From positions 224,001 to 288,000 of the forward strand of contig CBDBFU010000020.1 in NCBI GenBank assembly GCA_965205025.1: 64,000 bases of DNA. The letters are read 5' to 3'. The DNA comes from Candidatus Poribacteria bacterium (GTDB lineage Bacteria; Poribacteria; WGA-4E; WGA-3G). The position numbers and the translations under genes are program-made. Shown one piece after another: positions 10,526-20,772 of this stretch (its first letter is position 1; each line of letters begins with the position of its first letter). The notes beneath the pieces were generated by a model. It was not told the DNA's origin. It did not search any database and saw only the letters and a list, made by a program, of their open reading frames with translations.

Positions 10526-12232
10526 GTGATAGAAACAATCTCTATCCGCAATATTGCTCTAATTAACGAGCTTGAATTAGAACTATCTCCAGGTTTAAAC
10601 ATCTTTACAGGTGAAACTGGAGCGGGAAAATCTGTCATCCTTAGATCAATAGGTCTGGTGTTGGGTGAACGAACATCTGTGGATATTGTAAGAGATAATA
10701 CAGAATTCGGTTCAGTTGAAATTACTGTAGTTCCTACATCATCAATACCTATTGACACAGATTCCGCCGATGATCTAATATTATCAAGGCAAATAAACGT
10801 TAATGGGAGAAGTCGGTGTCGCATAAATGGCGAATTGGTCAATCTGAAACAGTTAGAAGAATTTGGATCGTTGTTGGTAGATATACATGGTCAGCATGAA
10901 CATCAATCTCTATTTAAGACGGAAACTCATCTCAAATTATTAGATGAGTTTGGAGAGTTAGAAACTGAATACAATAAAATTAAGAATACTTACCATCAAC
11001 TCTTAGATCTACAACGTGAATTGGATTCGATATTACATACTTTAAGCTCTTCAGAACGAGAGAAAGAGTTACTTGAATTTGAAGTAAAAGAGCTTAAATC
11101 TGCAAATCTTCAGTTAGGAGAAGAGGAAGAACTAACATCAGAAATAAGTATATTAAATAATGCCGAACAACTCTATGAATCGGCTAACATGGTTTATGAG
11201 CAACTGGATGGTGACGGGCAAAGTGGTTTATCGGGAACAGGATCAGTTGACAATTTGTCTACTCTTCAAAACTTAAGAGATTCAGCAAAATCACTTGCAA
11301 AAATAGCAGAATTAGATTCCAACTTATCAGAATTAAGCGAGCGAATTGACTCAACATTATATGAACTTGAAGATATATCCTCTCAAATCCGACAATATGC
11401 TGAAACAATTGAATTTAACCCAAATCGACTTGCTGAAGTATCTGATAGACTTGAACTTATTTCTAAATTCAAAAGACGTTATGGTAATACAATATCTGAT
11501 ATGTTAGCATATCAATCCGATGCAGAAAAGAAATTGGATGATTTAGAACTTGGTTCAGATAAGATTGATATTCTTAATTCACAAATTAGAGATAAGAAGG
11601 AATTAGCTTTACAATTATGTATTACTCTATCTGAACAACGTAAAGCAGTTGCCGAAAACCTCTCAACTATGGTAGAAAAAGAACTACAAGAACTTGGTAT
11701 GGAAAAGGCTCAGTTTCTGACGGATGTCAATCCTATCGAAGATGAAAACGGTATATTACAAATTGATGGTAAACGGTATGGTTTACGAGAACATGGAATG
11801 GATAATGTTGAATTTCTAATCGCCCCAAATGTCGGGTCAGAATTACGTCCCTTAGCCAAAATAGCTTCAGGTGGAGAGATCTCCCGAGTAATGTTGGCTC
11901 TTAAAACAGTTCTAATACAAGTAGAAAACACTCCAACCGTTCTATTTGACGAGATAGATAGTGGCATTGGAGGAAAAATTGCTGATGTTGTGGGTGAAAA
12001 ACTAAAAGAACTATCAGAAACTACACAGGTCATTTGTATAACACACTTACCTCAGATTGCACGATTTGCGGATCAACATTTTCTCGTTGAAAAAGAAGTA
12101 GTATATGATAATACAGTAATTTCAGCAAAGGCATTAACAGAATCTGAGCGAGTTACTGAGATTTCTCGTATGCATGGAGGTAATGAGTCTGAAGTAGGTT
12201 TAGCCCATGCCCGTGAGCTATTAAATAGATAA
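10526..12232 (+). CDS. recN: DNA repair protein RecN (likely GTG start at 10526)
   Basis: TGETGAGKS, DIHGQHEHQ, ASGGEISR, FDEIDSG and ITHLPQIA motifs. Confidence 0.96.
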   Translation: MIETISIRNIALINELELELSPGLNIFTGETGAGKSVILRSIGLVLGERTSVDIVRDNTEFGSVEITVVPTSSIPIDTDSADDLILSRQINVNGRSRCRINGELVNLKQLEEFGSLLVDIHGQHEHQSLFKTETHLKLLDEFGELETEYNKIKNTYHQLLDLQRELDSILHTLSSSEREKELLEFEVKELKSANLQLGEEEELTSEISILNNAEQLYESANMVYEQLDGDGQSGLSGTGSVDNLSTLQNLRDSAKSLAKIAELDSNLSELSERIDSTLYELEDISSQIRQYAETIEFNPNRLAEVSDRLELISKFKRRYGNTISDMLAYQSDAEKKLDDLELGSDKIDILNSQIRDKKELALQLCITLSEQRKAVAENLSTMVEKELQELGMEKAQFLTDVNPIEDENGILQIDGKRYGLREHGMDNVEFLIAPNVGSELRPLAKIASGGEISRVMLALKTVLIQVENTPTVLFDEIDSGIGGKIADVVGEKLKELSETTQVICITHLPQIARFADQHFLVEKEVVYDNTVISAKALTESERVTEISRMHGGNESEVGLAHARELLNR

Positions 12233-12310
12233 AAAGATATAAATAATAAAGATACAATAATGAATAATATGAAAATGAGTAATTGTATATAAACAAAGGT
12301 ACCTAATTCA

Positions 12311-15300
12311 ATGGATGATAGGTTTACTCAACCAAACGGGACAAATGTCTATACCGGTTGTGAATTACTTGTGAAAGGTTCATTAGAAGCTGGTGTTAGT
12401 CTGCTAACAGGTTATCCAGGTTCACCACTTGCAGAAGTTTTTGATGTATTAGAACGGAATGCAGATCTTCTGAAATCTAATGGAATCGTTGCCCAAATTG
12501 GTAATAATGAGGCATTAAGTGTTGCTCGTTTGAACGGATCTCAGATGGCAAATATACGTGCAATAGCATTTATGAAAAGTGTTGGTATGCATGTTGCATC
12601 AGATAGTCTGGCTATTAGTAATTTGGCTGGAACTACTGGGGGTGCTGTTGTTGTTGTTGGTGATGATACTTGGTCATATAGCACACAGGTTCCTGTAGAT
12701 TCTCGTATATTAGCACGACATTTATTCATGCCATTGGTTGAACCCTCAACTTGGCAGGAATTGAAAGATTGGGTAAATTGTGCATTTGAGATTTCAGCAG
12801 ATTCCGACCTATATACATGCTATTTGACAACACAAAATCAAGCAGATGGTGGTGGAATAGTTGAACTAAATAACAATATAATTCCAGATATAAATCAGGT
12901 TGCACAGACTGAAATTAATACTGAGTTAATATCAAATGATGATCGCGTTGTGCTGCCACCAGATACTGTACGTATTGAGGTAGAAACATTACGTGAACGA
13001 CTACCTAATGCTCTTACAAAAGCAAGAAATTTAGGTCTAAATAGAATTCTCTATCCTAACACATCATCTAATCATACAACTTCCAATAATAAACATAAGA
13101 ATATAGGTTTTATTACATCCGGATTTAGTTATCTATATCTTGAGCATGCATTATCTGAATTAAAGCTTAGCGGGTCATTCCCTATTCTGAAACTTGGATT
13201 GACCTATCCACTTGATGAAGATATTATCTTTGAATTTGCTCAAGGAATGGATGATCTTTATGTAATTGAAGAGAAACGGCCTGTACTTGAAAATGAAATT
13301 AAGTCCTTTCTAACACAACAGTACCAAGAAAAAAGCATAGAAAAGTTTGTCAATGTTTGGGGTAAACAATTCCCTGAGGAATTACCTGGTATACCAGTAG
13401 AAGCCGGATTAGATACTTCAATACTAATTAACCGTCTTATACCTCTGCTATCAAAGTATAGAGAGAATATTCAATCAAGGTATGAGGTTAATATTGATTT
13501 AGACACTTTTGAAAAAGAAACTGATATACAAAAACAGGTATCTGAAATAAAACCAGATATACCAAATCGAACTCCCACCTTCTGTCCTGGGTGTCCACAT
13601 AGAGATTCTTCAAGTGTCCTACTCGATATTACAAAGGACTTTATTGATGAAGACTATATGATGAAACATCACAATTCTGTACCTATTGACCTTGTTTTTC
13701 ATGGAGATATTGGTTGCTATTCAATGTTAAAATATGAGCCTTTTCCTCGGTTAATGCATAATCTATCGGCAATGACTTTAGGAGGGGGTGCTGGAGCAGG
13801 AATAGATCCGTTTATTGTCAACAAACAAATTGTATTCATGGGGGATTCAACTTTCTTCCATGGTGGGATGTCCGCAATATCAGATTCAATTAAAAACCAT
13901 CAGGATATTACATATATTATCTTAGACAACCAAACGACAGCAATGACAGGACATCAACCAACTCCATCCATTGGAGTTGACATTCTTGGGAATCCTACTT
14001 TTGCACAAGACATAGAGAAAGTAGTACAAGGGTTAGCAGGAGATTCTGAAATCAGTATTGTTCGGGTAAATCCGGAAGAACGAATTAAGTATAAGTCTTA
14101 TCTTGAGAAAACTATACTAAGATCAGGAGTTAAGATTGTCATCGCCGACAAGGAATGTGCAATTACATATCATCGACGAAAACGGAGAGATGAACAAAAG
14201 ATAAAACAGAAAGAGGGGTATTTAAAAACTGAAAAACATATCAATATTACACCTGAAGTCTGTGAATTCTGTTTAGAATGTACTAAATCCACTGGATGTC
14301 CTGCTCTAAAAATTATTGATACTGATTATGGAAACAAGATTGCGATTGATCGTTCAAACTGTGTAACAGATGGTGCATGTGCTCGTATTAAGTGGGCATG
14401 TCCTTCTTTTGAAGAAGTCGTAGTTACGCGTAAACGACCTCCCAGAGTGCAGAAGATCACTGATATAGAGATAAAGAAAAACAACAATAATACTGATAAC
14501 GGGTGGGATGATATAAGTATTACAGATTTACTCCCCCAAATTGGAATTACTGATGATTCTCCTTTACCTCCGCCTCCACCACTAAAGTTTGAAGGGGACT
14601 GGAGTATATATGCAGCTGGTGTAGGTGGAATGGGAATTGGAACTATATCAAAGATACTTGTAGTTGCAGGATATCTTCAAGGATATGTTGTGGATTTCTG
14701 CGATAGAAAAGGATTAGCAATACGAAATGGTGGTGTCTATACTCATGTCACATACACGAATACAGACAAGAAAATATCTCCAATTATTCCTTATGGGAAA
14801 GCAGATTTAATTTTGGGTTTAGATATCTTAGAGGCAGTTCGAGGTATTTCATCAGAATCTGTTTTCAGAGTAGCTTCTCAAGAGAGAACTTCTGCTGTCG
14901 TAAATACTGCAAAGACTGAGACAATGTCAACCCTAATCGGAAATGATGATTTTGATGTTCCTGATTTAGAAAACACTATTAAAAGCGGAACTAATAGATA
15001 TGTAGGAGTAAACCTATTTGACATCTCCGAATTATTATTTGGAACAAAACTATATGCCAATATAATGCTTATCGGTCTTGCTTTTCAAAAAGGATTAATG
15101 CCACTTGAATTAGAACCCTTAAAAATGGCTTTAAAGCAGATGGTTCGACGCACAGATCTACAACAGAATTTTAATGCATTTGAAATTGGTAGATATCTTG
15201 CTGTATATGAAAATATTGATAATTACCTTCCAAATTCATTACACCATGAAACTAAGCAATCTTATGAGAACACTCTCAGTAGAAAAAAGGATATTCTTAC

Positions 15301-15973
15301 AAAGAAATTGAATGGGAAAAAACTTGCTGAAGCATATCTCAGAATGGTTGACAATACTGTTGAAAATTTATCATTAGACGATGAGACTCATAGAATTATT
15401 GCCATTTATGTATATGACCTAATCCAATTCGAGGGCATTAAATATGGACAAATATACATTGATAAGATTAATGAAATATATCAAAAAGATAAAGATGGAT
15501 ATCAAGCTACTAAAGCAGCTATAAAATATCTACACAAGGTAATGTTGATTAAGGATGAAGTCTATGTATCACATCTTCTTACAAGTAAAGAAAAACTCGA
15601 AAGGGATAAGTTACGTTATAATATAGATGAAAAGAATGGAGATAAAATCCGTTATTTACACTTAAATCGTCCACATTTCAATATAATGGGTATTGACTTT
15701 GAGACTGATATTGATACACGAAATTGGATGCTCCATTTAATGAAACATCTGAAATTCCTTAGGAGAATTCTATCTAACTGGCATATTAAAGAGAAAGAAT
15801 TTCGTGATTGGTATATCCGCGAAGTAATTGATACTTTTTCACCAACAAATGATGAGTCATATACAAACCATCTGAAGGCAATAGAAAGTGTAGATTCTGT
15901 TAGGGGATATAGAGAAATACGATATCCAAAGATGGATGAAGTAAAGCAGACTGTTAAGAATTTACTTGGATAG
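12311..15973 (+). CDS. Fused indolepyruvate/2-oxoacid:ferredoxin oxidoreductase (alpha + ferredoxin + gamma/beta + C-terminal domain)
   Basis: GYPGSP, FCPGCPH, GDIGC, GDSTFFH, DN.TTAMTG.Q, ferredoxin Cys motifs and GVGGMG. Confidence 0.9.
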   Translation: MDDRFTQPNGTNVYTGCELLVKGSLEAGVSLLTGYPGSPLAEVFDVLERNADLLKSNGIVAQIGNNEALSVARLNGSQMANIRAIAFMKSVGMHVASDSLAISNLAGTTGGAVVVVGDDTWSYSTQVPVDSRILARHLFMPLVEPSTWQELKDWVNCAFEISADSDLYTCYLTTQNQADGGGIVELNNNIIPDINQVAQTEINTELISNDDRVVLPPDTVRIEVETLRERLPNALTKARNLGLNRILYPNTSSNHTTSNNKHKNIGFITSGFSYLYLEHALSELKLSGSFPILKLGLTYPLDEDIIFEFAQGMDDLYVIEEKRPVLENEIKSFLTQQYQEKSIEKFVNVWGKQFPEELPGIPVEAGLDTSILINRLIPLLSKYRENIQSRYEVNIDLDTFEKETDIQKQVSEIKPDIPNRTPTFCPGCPHRDSSSVLLDITKDFIDEDYMMKHHNSVPIDLVFHGDIGCYSMLKYEPFPRLMHNLSAMTLGGGAGAGIDPFIVNKQIVFMGDSTFFHGGMSAISDSIKNHQDITYIILDNQTTAMTGHQPTPSIGVDILGNPTFAQDIEKVVQGLAGDSEISIVRVNPEERIKYKSYLEKTILRSGVKIVIADKECAITYHRRKRRDEQKIKQKEGYLKTEKHINITPEVCEFCLECTKSTGCPALKIIDTDYGNKIAIDRSNCVTDGACARIKWACPSFEEVVVTRKRPPRVQKITDIEIKKNNNNTDNGWDDISITDLLPQIGITDDSPLPPPPPLKFEGDWSIYAAGVGGMGIGTISKILVVAGYLQGYVVDFCDRKGLAIRNGGVYTHVTYTNTDKKISPIIPYGKADLILGLDILEAVRGISSESVFRVASQERTSAVVNTAKTETMSTLIGNDDFDVPDLENTIKSGTNRYVGVNLFDISELLFGTKLYANIMLIGLAFQKGLMPLELEPLKMALKQMVRRTDLQQNFNAFEIGRYLAVYENIDNYLPNSLHHETKQSYENTLSRKKDILTKKLNGKKLAEAYLRMVDNTVENLSLDDETHRIIAIYVYDLIQFEGIKYGQIYIDKINEIYQKDKDGYQATKAAIKYLHKVMLIKDEVYVSHLLTSKEKLERDKLRYNIDEKNGDKIRYLHLNRPHFNIMGIDFETDIDTRNWMLHLMKHLKFLRRILSNWHIKEKEFRDWYIREVIDTFSPTNDESYTNHLKAIESVDSVRGYREIRYPKMDEVKQTVKNLLG

Positions 15974-16029
15974 ATGAATTAGTATGAACCAACATGGTAT
16001 TAATACATCATTCATGATATAGGTGACAG

Positions 16030-16950
16030 ATGGATATACGACAATCTATCACAGGTCATACAAAAATTGTAGGGGTTATTGGCTCACCGATTAGTCACAG
16101 TCGATCACCTCAAATGCATAATGCAGCTCTATCAAAAGCTGGTCTCGACTTTGTATATGTACCTTTCCATGTGTCCACTGATGCCATTGATCAAGCAATT
16201 AATGGATTTAGATCAATAAATGTCATTGGAATAAATGTAACATTACCCCATAAACAATCTGTCATACCTTTTTTGACCTCGATATCACATGAGGCAGATC
16301 TTATTGGTGCAGTAAATACTCTATCTTTTTTAGAGGATGGAATACATGGTGAGAATACGGATGCACCTGGATTTTTACGGGCAATGAATGACAATAACAT
16401 CGCAATTCCTAAAGGAAAAGACATTGTTGTATTAGGGGCTGGAGGTTCCGCACGGGCAATAGTCGTAGCATTAGCACTGGCAGGTGTTAATTCAATAACC
16501 ATAGTTAACCGTACCATATCAAGGGCAGTATCCTTAGCTGAAGAACTCTCAGCTAAAATTAATAAAAAGAATGTTGATAAAAGTTTAGATGAAGAAGTAT
16601 ATAATACTAATGGTACATTCGATACTGTAATTACTGGTATTGGGTTTAATGATATGCATTTGCCAGATGCCATTATGACATGTGCAATGTTGGTTAACAC
16701 CACATCAGCAGGCATGGATGAGTCACAACCGCTCTTAATCAATCCAGATTGGTTACAATCTGAAACGATAGTATATGACATTGTGTATACACCACCGATA
16801 ACAAAACTATTAAAAGCAGCAAAAGAGAAGGGTTGCTCAACAATTGAGGGGATAGGGATGTTAGTCCATCAAGGAGCAATTGCCTTTGAACGATGGACCG
16901 GTGTTAAACCATGCGTGAATACTATGAAAAATGCACTGTTAATCAAGTAA
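16030..16950 (+). CDS. aroE: Shikimate dehydrogenase
   Basis: HSRSP.MH, NVTLPHK, GAVNT, NTD..G, GAGGSARA, YDIVY.P and LVHQG motifs. Confidence 0.93.
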   Translation: MDIRQSITGHTKIVGVIGSPISHSRSPQMHNAALSKAGLDFVYVPFHVSTDAIDQAINGFRSINVIGINVTLPHKQSVIPFLTSISHEADLIGAVNTLSFLEDGIHGENTDAPGFLRAMNDNNIAIPKGKDIVVLGAGGSARAIVVALALAGVNSITIVNRTISRAVSLAEELSAKINKKNVDKSLDEEVYNTNGTFDTVITGIGFNDMHLPDAIMTCAMLVNTTSAGMDESQPLLINPDWLQSETIVYDIVYTPPITKLLKAAKEKGCSTIEGIGMLVHQGAIAFERWTGVKPCVNTMKNALLIK

Positions 16951-16957
16951 TAAAGGA

Positions 16958-17275
16958 ATGAATATGCAAGACGAGCAAAAAACTGAAGAAGAGAGTCAAC
17001 CTGCTCAGGAGAATCAAGCCATACGATTTGTCATTCTGGGTATTCCTTATTCGATCAAACCAACTGAGGAATTATCTGCTGCAGATATCGATCTATTGGT
17101 TACCTATGTTAAGAATAGAGTAGAGAGTTATACGCAAAAAGGATATGACGATACTCGTATACCTATGCTGGTAGCATTTGATATTGCAAATGAAGTACGT
17201 GAACTCCATAAGTTCTACGAGTTACCTATAAATCGTGTAATTGATAAACTTAAGATTGTACTTGAACCTGAGTAA
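16958..17275 (+). CDS. zapA: Cell division protein ZapA-like
   Basis: 105 aa with I...ILG..Y.I, L..YV..R and 'MLVAFDIANE' resembling the ZapA 'LAALNIADE' helix. Confidence 0.65.
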   Translation: MNMQDEQKTEEESQPAQENQAIRFVILGIPYSIKPTEELSAADIDLLVTYVKNRVESYTQKGYDDTRIPMLVAFDIANEVRELHKFYELPINRVIDKLKIVLEPE

Positions 17276-17587
17276 ACATAAAAATTGCAGACGACACATT
17301 CTTAAATTTATGTATGTGTAATATTTAACTTGATACATAATCACAATTAGACTTCACTATATATCATAGATTTCATTCTATATATGTATTAACTTTAATA
17401 TACCCCATCTAATATAGTCAGATTGCTATAGTTTTAAAAATAGATACAACCGATAGTCACAGTTTATCAACAAAGTTACCAACTTTTTATTGAAATAATC
17501 ACGAAATTGTGTTACACTATTATATAACCAATCTTGTATGGAGTAATTAATTTGGACACTTTCGTATCACTTTTTTGGAGGAATTCC

Positions 17588-18457
17588 ATGAATACCAAAG
17601 GAACAATCATTGTTTCAACTCTATTGTTAGTAGGCATTGTATTGCTTGGCTGCGGAAAGTTAAGTGAACAAGAGTTTGAAATGTGGAAAAACGAACACGT
17701 AGCACAGATAGATCAAACCAATGACGAAATAAAAATGCAAGTTACCAAACTTGAATCAAAGGTTGATCAGAATGAGAAAAACACTTCTGAAGCCATTTCA
17801 AGGGCTAAGGATGAGGCAATAGCCGTTTCACAACAAGGGGATGCTGATACAATTGCTGCAGCTGATCAGAAGGCTAAGGAAGAGGACGCAAAACTACGGG
17901 CAAACCTATTAAAAGATATTGAAATGGAGTCAAAGAAATCTATGGATTTTGCAAAAGCAGAAGATGCCAAAGTCCAAAAAATGGTTACCGCAAATACCAG
18001 TAGTATTAAAGCACATGGTGATGATATTGCCAAACTAAAAGCTCAAATAACTTCTATTTTGGCAGATTTAGGTGAGGTACAAGCTGAAGTCGCATCACAA
18101 CCTTCACGATTAGTTACTGTTAATTTTGGTAGTGGCCAGACTGGATTATCTAACAAAGCTAAACAAATGCTTGACGGAATCCTTAGTCAAATATTAGAAA
18201 ATCCTGACGCACAGGTTATTATTATTGGTCATGCTGATGGAACACCTGTCCTGAGAGGCGGGCATCGTAGCAATTGGGATTTGTCTCAATCAAGAGCAAA
18301 TTCAGCTGCCAAGTATTTGAAAGGAAAAGGAATAGAGTCTGATAGGATTAAAGCAGTAGGTAAAGCACACACCGATCCTGTTGCCTCACAGAACACCACA
18401 GCAGGTAGGGCTATGAACCGTCGTGTTGAAGTCATCCTTAATCCCTCAGGCTCATAG
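17588..18457 (+). CDS. OmpA/MotB-domain lipoprotein with coiled-coil N-terminus
   Basis: RBS ggagg before ATG 17588, lipobox LLGC, C-terminal GHAD, N..LS..RA and NRRVE motifs. Confidence 0.88.
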   Translation: MNTKGTIIVSTLLLVGIVLLGCGKLSEQEFEMWKNEHVAQIDQTNDEIKMQVTKLESKVDQNEKNTSEAISRAKDEAIAVSQQGDADTIAAADQKAKEEDAKLRANLLKDIEMESKKSMDFAKAEDAKVQKMVTANTSSIKAHGDDIAKLKAQITSILADLGEVQAEVASQPSRLVTVNFGSGQTGLSNKAKQMLDGILSQILENPDAQVIIIGHADGTPVLRGGHRSNWDLSQSRANSAAKYLKGKGIESDRIKAVGKAHTDPVASQNTTAGRAMNRRVEVILNPSGS

Positions 18458-18502
18458 ATTTAACTCTAATGTCTTGATATGGTTTAGATATTTTGGTGTC
18501 GT

Positions 18503-18540
18503 AAGGATGTTCTATTTATAGAACATCCTTCACGTTTTTA
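18503..18540 (+). terminator. Probable intrinsic terminator
   Basis: aaggatgttctat-tt-atagaacatcctt hairpin followed shortly by a T-run, downstream of the OmpA-family gene. Confidence 0.6.
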
Positions 18541-18553
18541 AATCCTTAATCCT

Positions 18554-19306
18554 ATGCCTTTTCTCAGTTTAAAATACTTTTTATTAAAAACTCTTATGCG
18601 TTTTCTTTATGCCGTATTGATAGTCATTTTCTTATACTCATCAAATTCGTCAGCGGAGAATACCAACATCCTCCGTCCTACCCCTAATTATTCGGAAATC
18701 ATCAGTAGTAAGATTGTTAATTCATCAATTCAATTCTCAATCTATTCATATAAACCTTCACTTGGTGATTTAAAAGAGCTATTGTTAAGTGTTGGAATTC
18801 CTAAGACACCATCTGAATTAATGCCTTCATTATCAATAGTATTACACCATCTACCGCAAATAGATTCACGAATCGAAATTGGTTATTGGAGCACAGAGTT
18901 AAGCACACTCCCTCCTAATCCATTGATACTGAATGCTTCATTAACTCCAATTTCTTATCAGCTGATTTATAGACCTGAACTTCTATATAATTACCTACCT
19001 ATCTACTTAGGTTGTGGAATTGGTTATCTAAGAGCAAATTTCAGTGGAAACTTGACGGAAATACTCGAAGCACAAGGTATTACCTTAGGAAGTGATGCTT
19101 CAAACACAATTGGTTATGTATTCATTGGTGCTGAACTGCTAAATTGGGAAGTTAATCAAGGTTCTAAGGATAGATTCGGTATGAATGCCTCTATTAATCT
19201 TGAAATTAAGCGTATCTTAAAAACTATTGAAACTACTACAACCCCGCCGCTTGACATTGTCTTAGATGGAACTGCCATTGGACTTGGCGTCAGAACGAAA
19301 TTCTAA
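18554..19306 (+). CDS. Hypothetical secreted protein, possible small outer-membrane beta-barrel
   Basis: Signal-peptide-like N-terminus, PIYLG.GIGY strand, C-terminal GLGVRTKF ending in Phe. Confidence 0.55.
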   Translation: MPFLSLKYFLLKTLMRFLYAVLIVIFLYSSNSSAENTNILRPTPNYSEIISSKIVNSSIQFSIYSYKPSLGDLKELLLSVGIPKTPSELMPSLSIVLHHLPQIDSRIEIGYWSTELSTLPPNPLILNASLTPISYQLIYRPELLYNYLPIYLGCGIGYLRANFSGNLTEILEAQGITLGSDASNTIGYVFIGAELLNWEVNQGSKDRFGMNASINLEIKRILKTIETTTTPPLDIVLDGTAIGLGVRTKF

Positions 19307-19314
19307 TTCTACTG

Positions 19315-20715
19315 ATGTCCTTTATACAAAAGAAATATATCGTAGCTATCATTTCCTGTATATTGTTAGGTTGTTTCCTCAGTATATATTCAGATACTCC
19401 AATTGCCATAATATGTTTACTATTGATAATTGGCATTTTTGTGTTTTTAGGAAAAGAACTGGCATTATGTATACTTTTAATCTGTTTGCCTTTTTCATTT
19501 CGATATATAATCCCTCAACTCCTTGAAATACAAACCCCTACAGAACCTCTCTTAGGGATGCTCTGTGTTGTTTATTTTCTCAAGAAGATTTTTAATTTTA
19601 GCCTTGGCAATAGAGATAAGAATACACAATTTCCATTCTTACTTCCAATTATTTTCTTTCTATCTATAACTTTTCTTTCCACCATCAATACCCCGGACAT
19701 ATTCGGTACATTAAAAGGGGCTATCCGTGCATCTATCTATATATTGTTCTCTCTGGTGGTGTATGATATTGTTAGGAATCGTGTTAATTTATACCGAATA
19801 TCAATTGCAGCCTTCCCAAGTGCATTAATCGCAGTTATATGGACAGTAATTGTTCTCTTATATAATATTGATGAATGGCAATGGACAAGTTCATATCGGA
19901 ATTCACCATTTACAAACTACTCAGTATACGGTTCATTTACAGCCATTTTCTTTTTGATATGTCTGAGTCGACTTATGTTTGATAGTGGACAGTATGATCG
20001 TATTTTATGGACTGGGTTGTCTATCTGTTTTGGTATGGGATTAATCATGTGCTTTTCGCGTGGTGTTTGGTTTTCTGTTATTGTAGCTATTGGATTTATG
20101 TTGCTTCAATTGGGACAGGGTGTAACCCATAGAAAGATATTTTTTATTGGTATTGTTTGTCTTGTCATATTAGTTACATTCAGTTTCCCCGGTGTCTATA
20201 ATTCTGTTTTAGAAAGAATTTCTACCACTGTTGATATTAACTATGCATCCAATAGAGCAAGACTTCTAAGATGGGGGCAAGCCATAAATATGTATCTTCA
20301 AAATCCTATATTAGGGAAGGGGTATGGGGCATTTGCTATGCTTTACAAGGAAGATGTTGCACTTGTTGGAACGTACACTGCACAGTACCAATTAGGGGCA
20401 CATAGTGAATATTTACAGGTAATGGCAGAATTAGGATCTATTGGATTAGTAGTTTGGATATGGCTCAATTTATCATTTCTACTTTATGGTTTCAAAGCAT
20501 TGAAACGAATTGATTCTGGGTTTTATCGATCAATTATCATTGGACTGATGGCATCAGAGATTTCATTGATGACTCACTTCATTGTTAATAATTTACTAAA
20601 CGGTGACGCTATAGGTGTACCGTTCTGGGGAATTTATGGTCTATTACCTGCTGTAGTGAATTTAGCAGAAAATAGATTAGAAAATACAACACAAGAAAAC
20701 CTGTTTAGGATATAA
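19315..20715 (+). CDS. O-antigen ligase (WaaL/Wzy_C) family membrane protein
   Basis: FSRG.W, R...W..A...Y..NPILG.G.G and AHSEYLQ..AELG..G motifs. Confidence 0.88.
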   Translation: MSFIQKKYIVAIISCILLGCFLSIYSDTPIAIICLLLIIGIFVFLGKELALCILLICLPFSFRYIIPQLLEIQTPTEPLLGMLCVVYFLKKIFNFSLGNRDKNTQFPFLLPIIFFLSITFLSTINTPDIFGTLKGAIRASIYILFSLVVYDIVRNRVNLYRISIAAFPSALIAVIWTVIVLLYNIDEWQWTSSYRNSPFTNYSVYGSFTAIFFLICLSRLMFDSGQYDRILWTGLSICFGMGLIMCFSRGVWFSVIVAIGFMLLQLGQGVTHRKIFFIGIVCLVILVTFSFPGVYNSVLERISTTVDINYASNRARLLRWGQAINMYLQNPILGKGYGAFAMLYKEDVALVGTYTAQYQLGAHSEYLQVMAELGSIGLVVWIWLNLSFLLYGFKALKRIDSGFYRSIIIGLMASEISLMTHFIVNNLLNGDAIGVPFWGIYGLLPAVVNLAENRLENTTQENLFRI

Positions 20716-20772
20716 TTAAATGATCTGAATCTTATAAATTAGTCTTATTTACTGAATATAAACGAGGAATGT

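Noticed and set aside
17276-17587. 6S RNA downstream of zapA
   Set aside because: AT-rich sequence without evident long-range pairing; looks like the promoter region of the OmpA-family gene.
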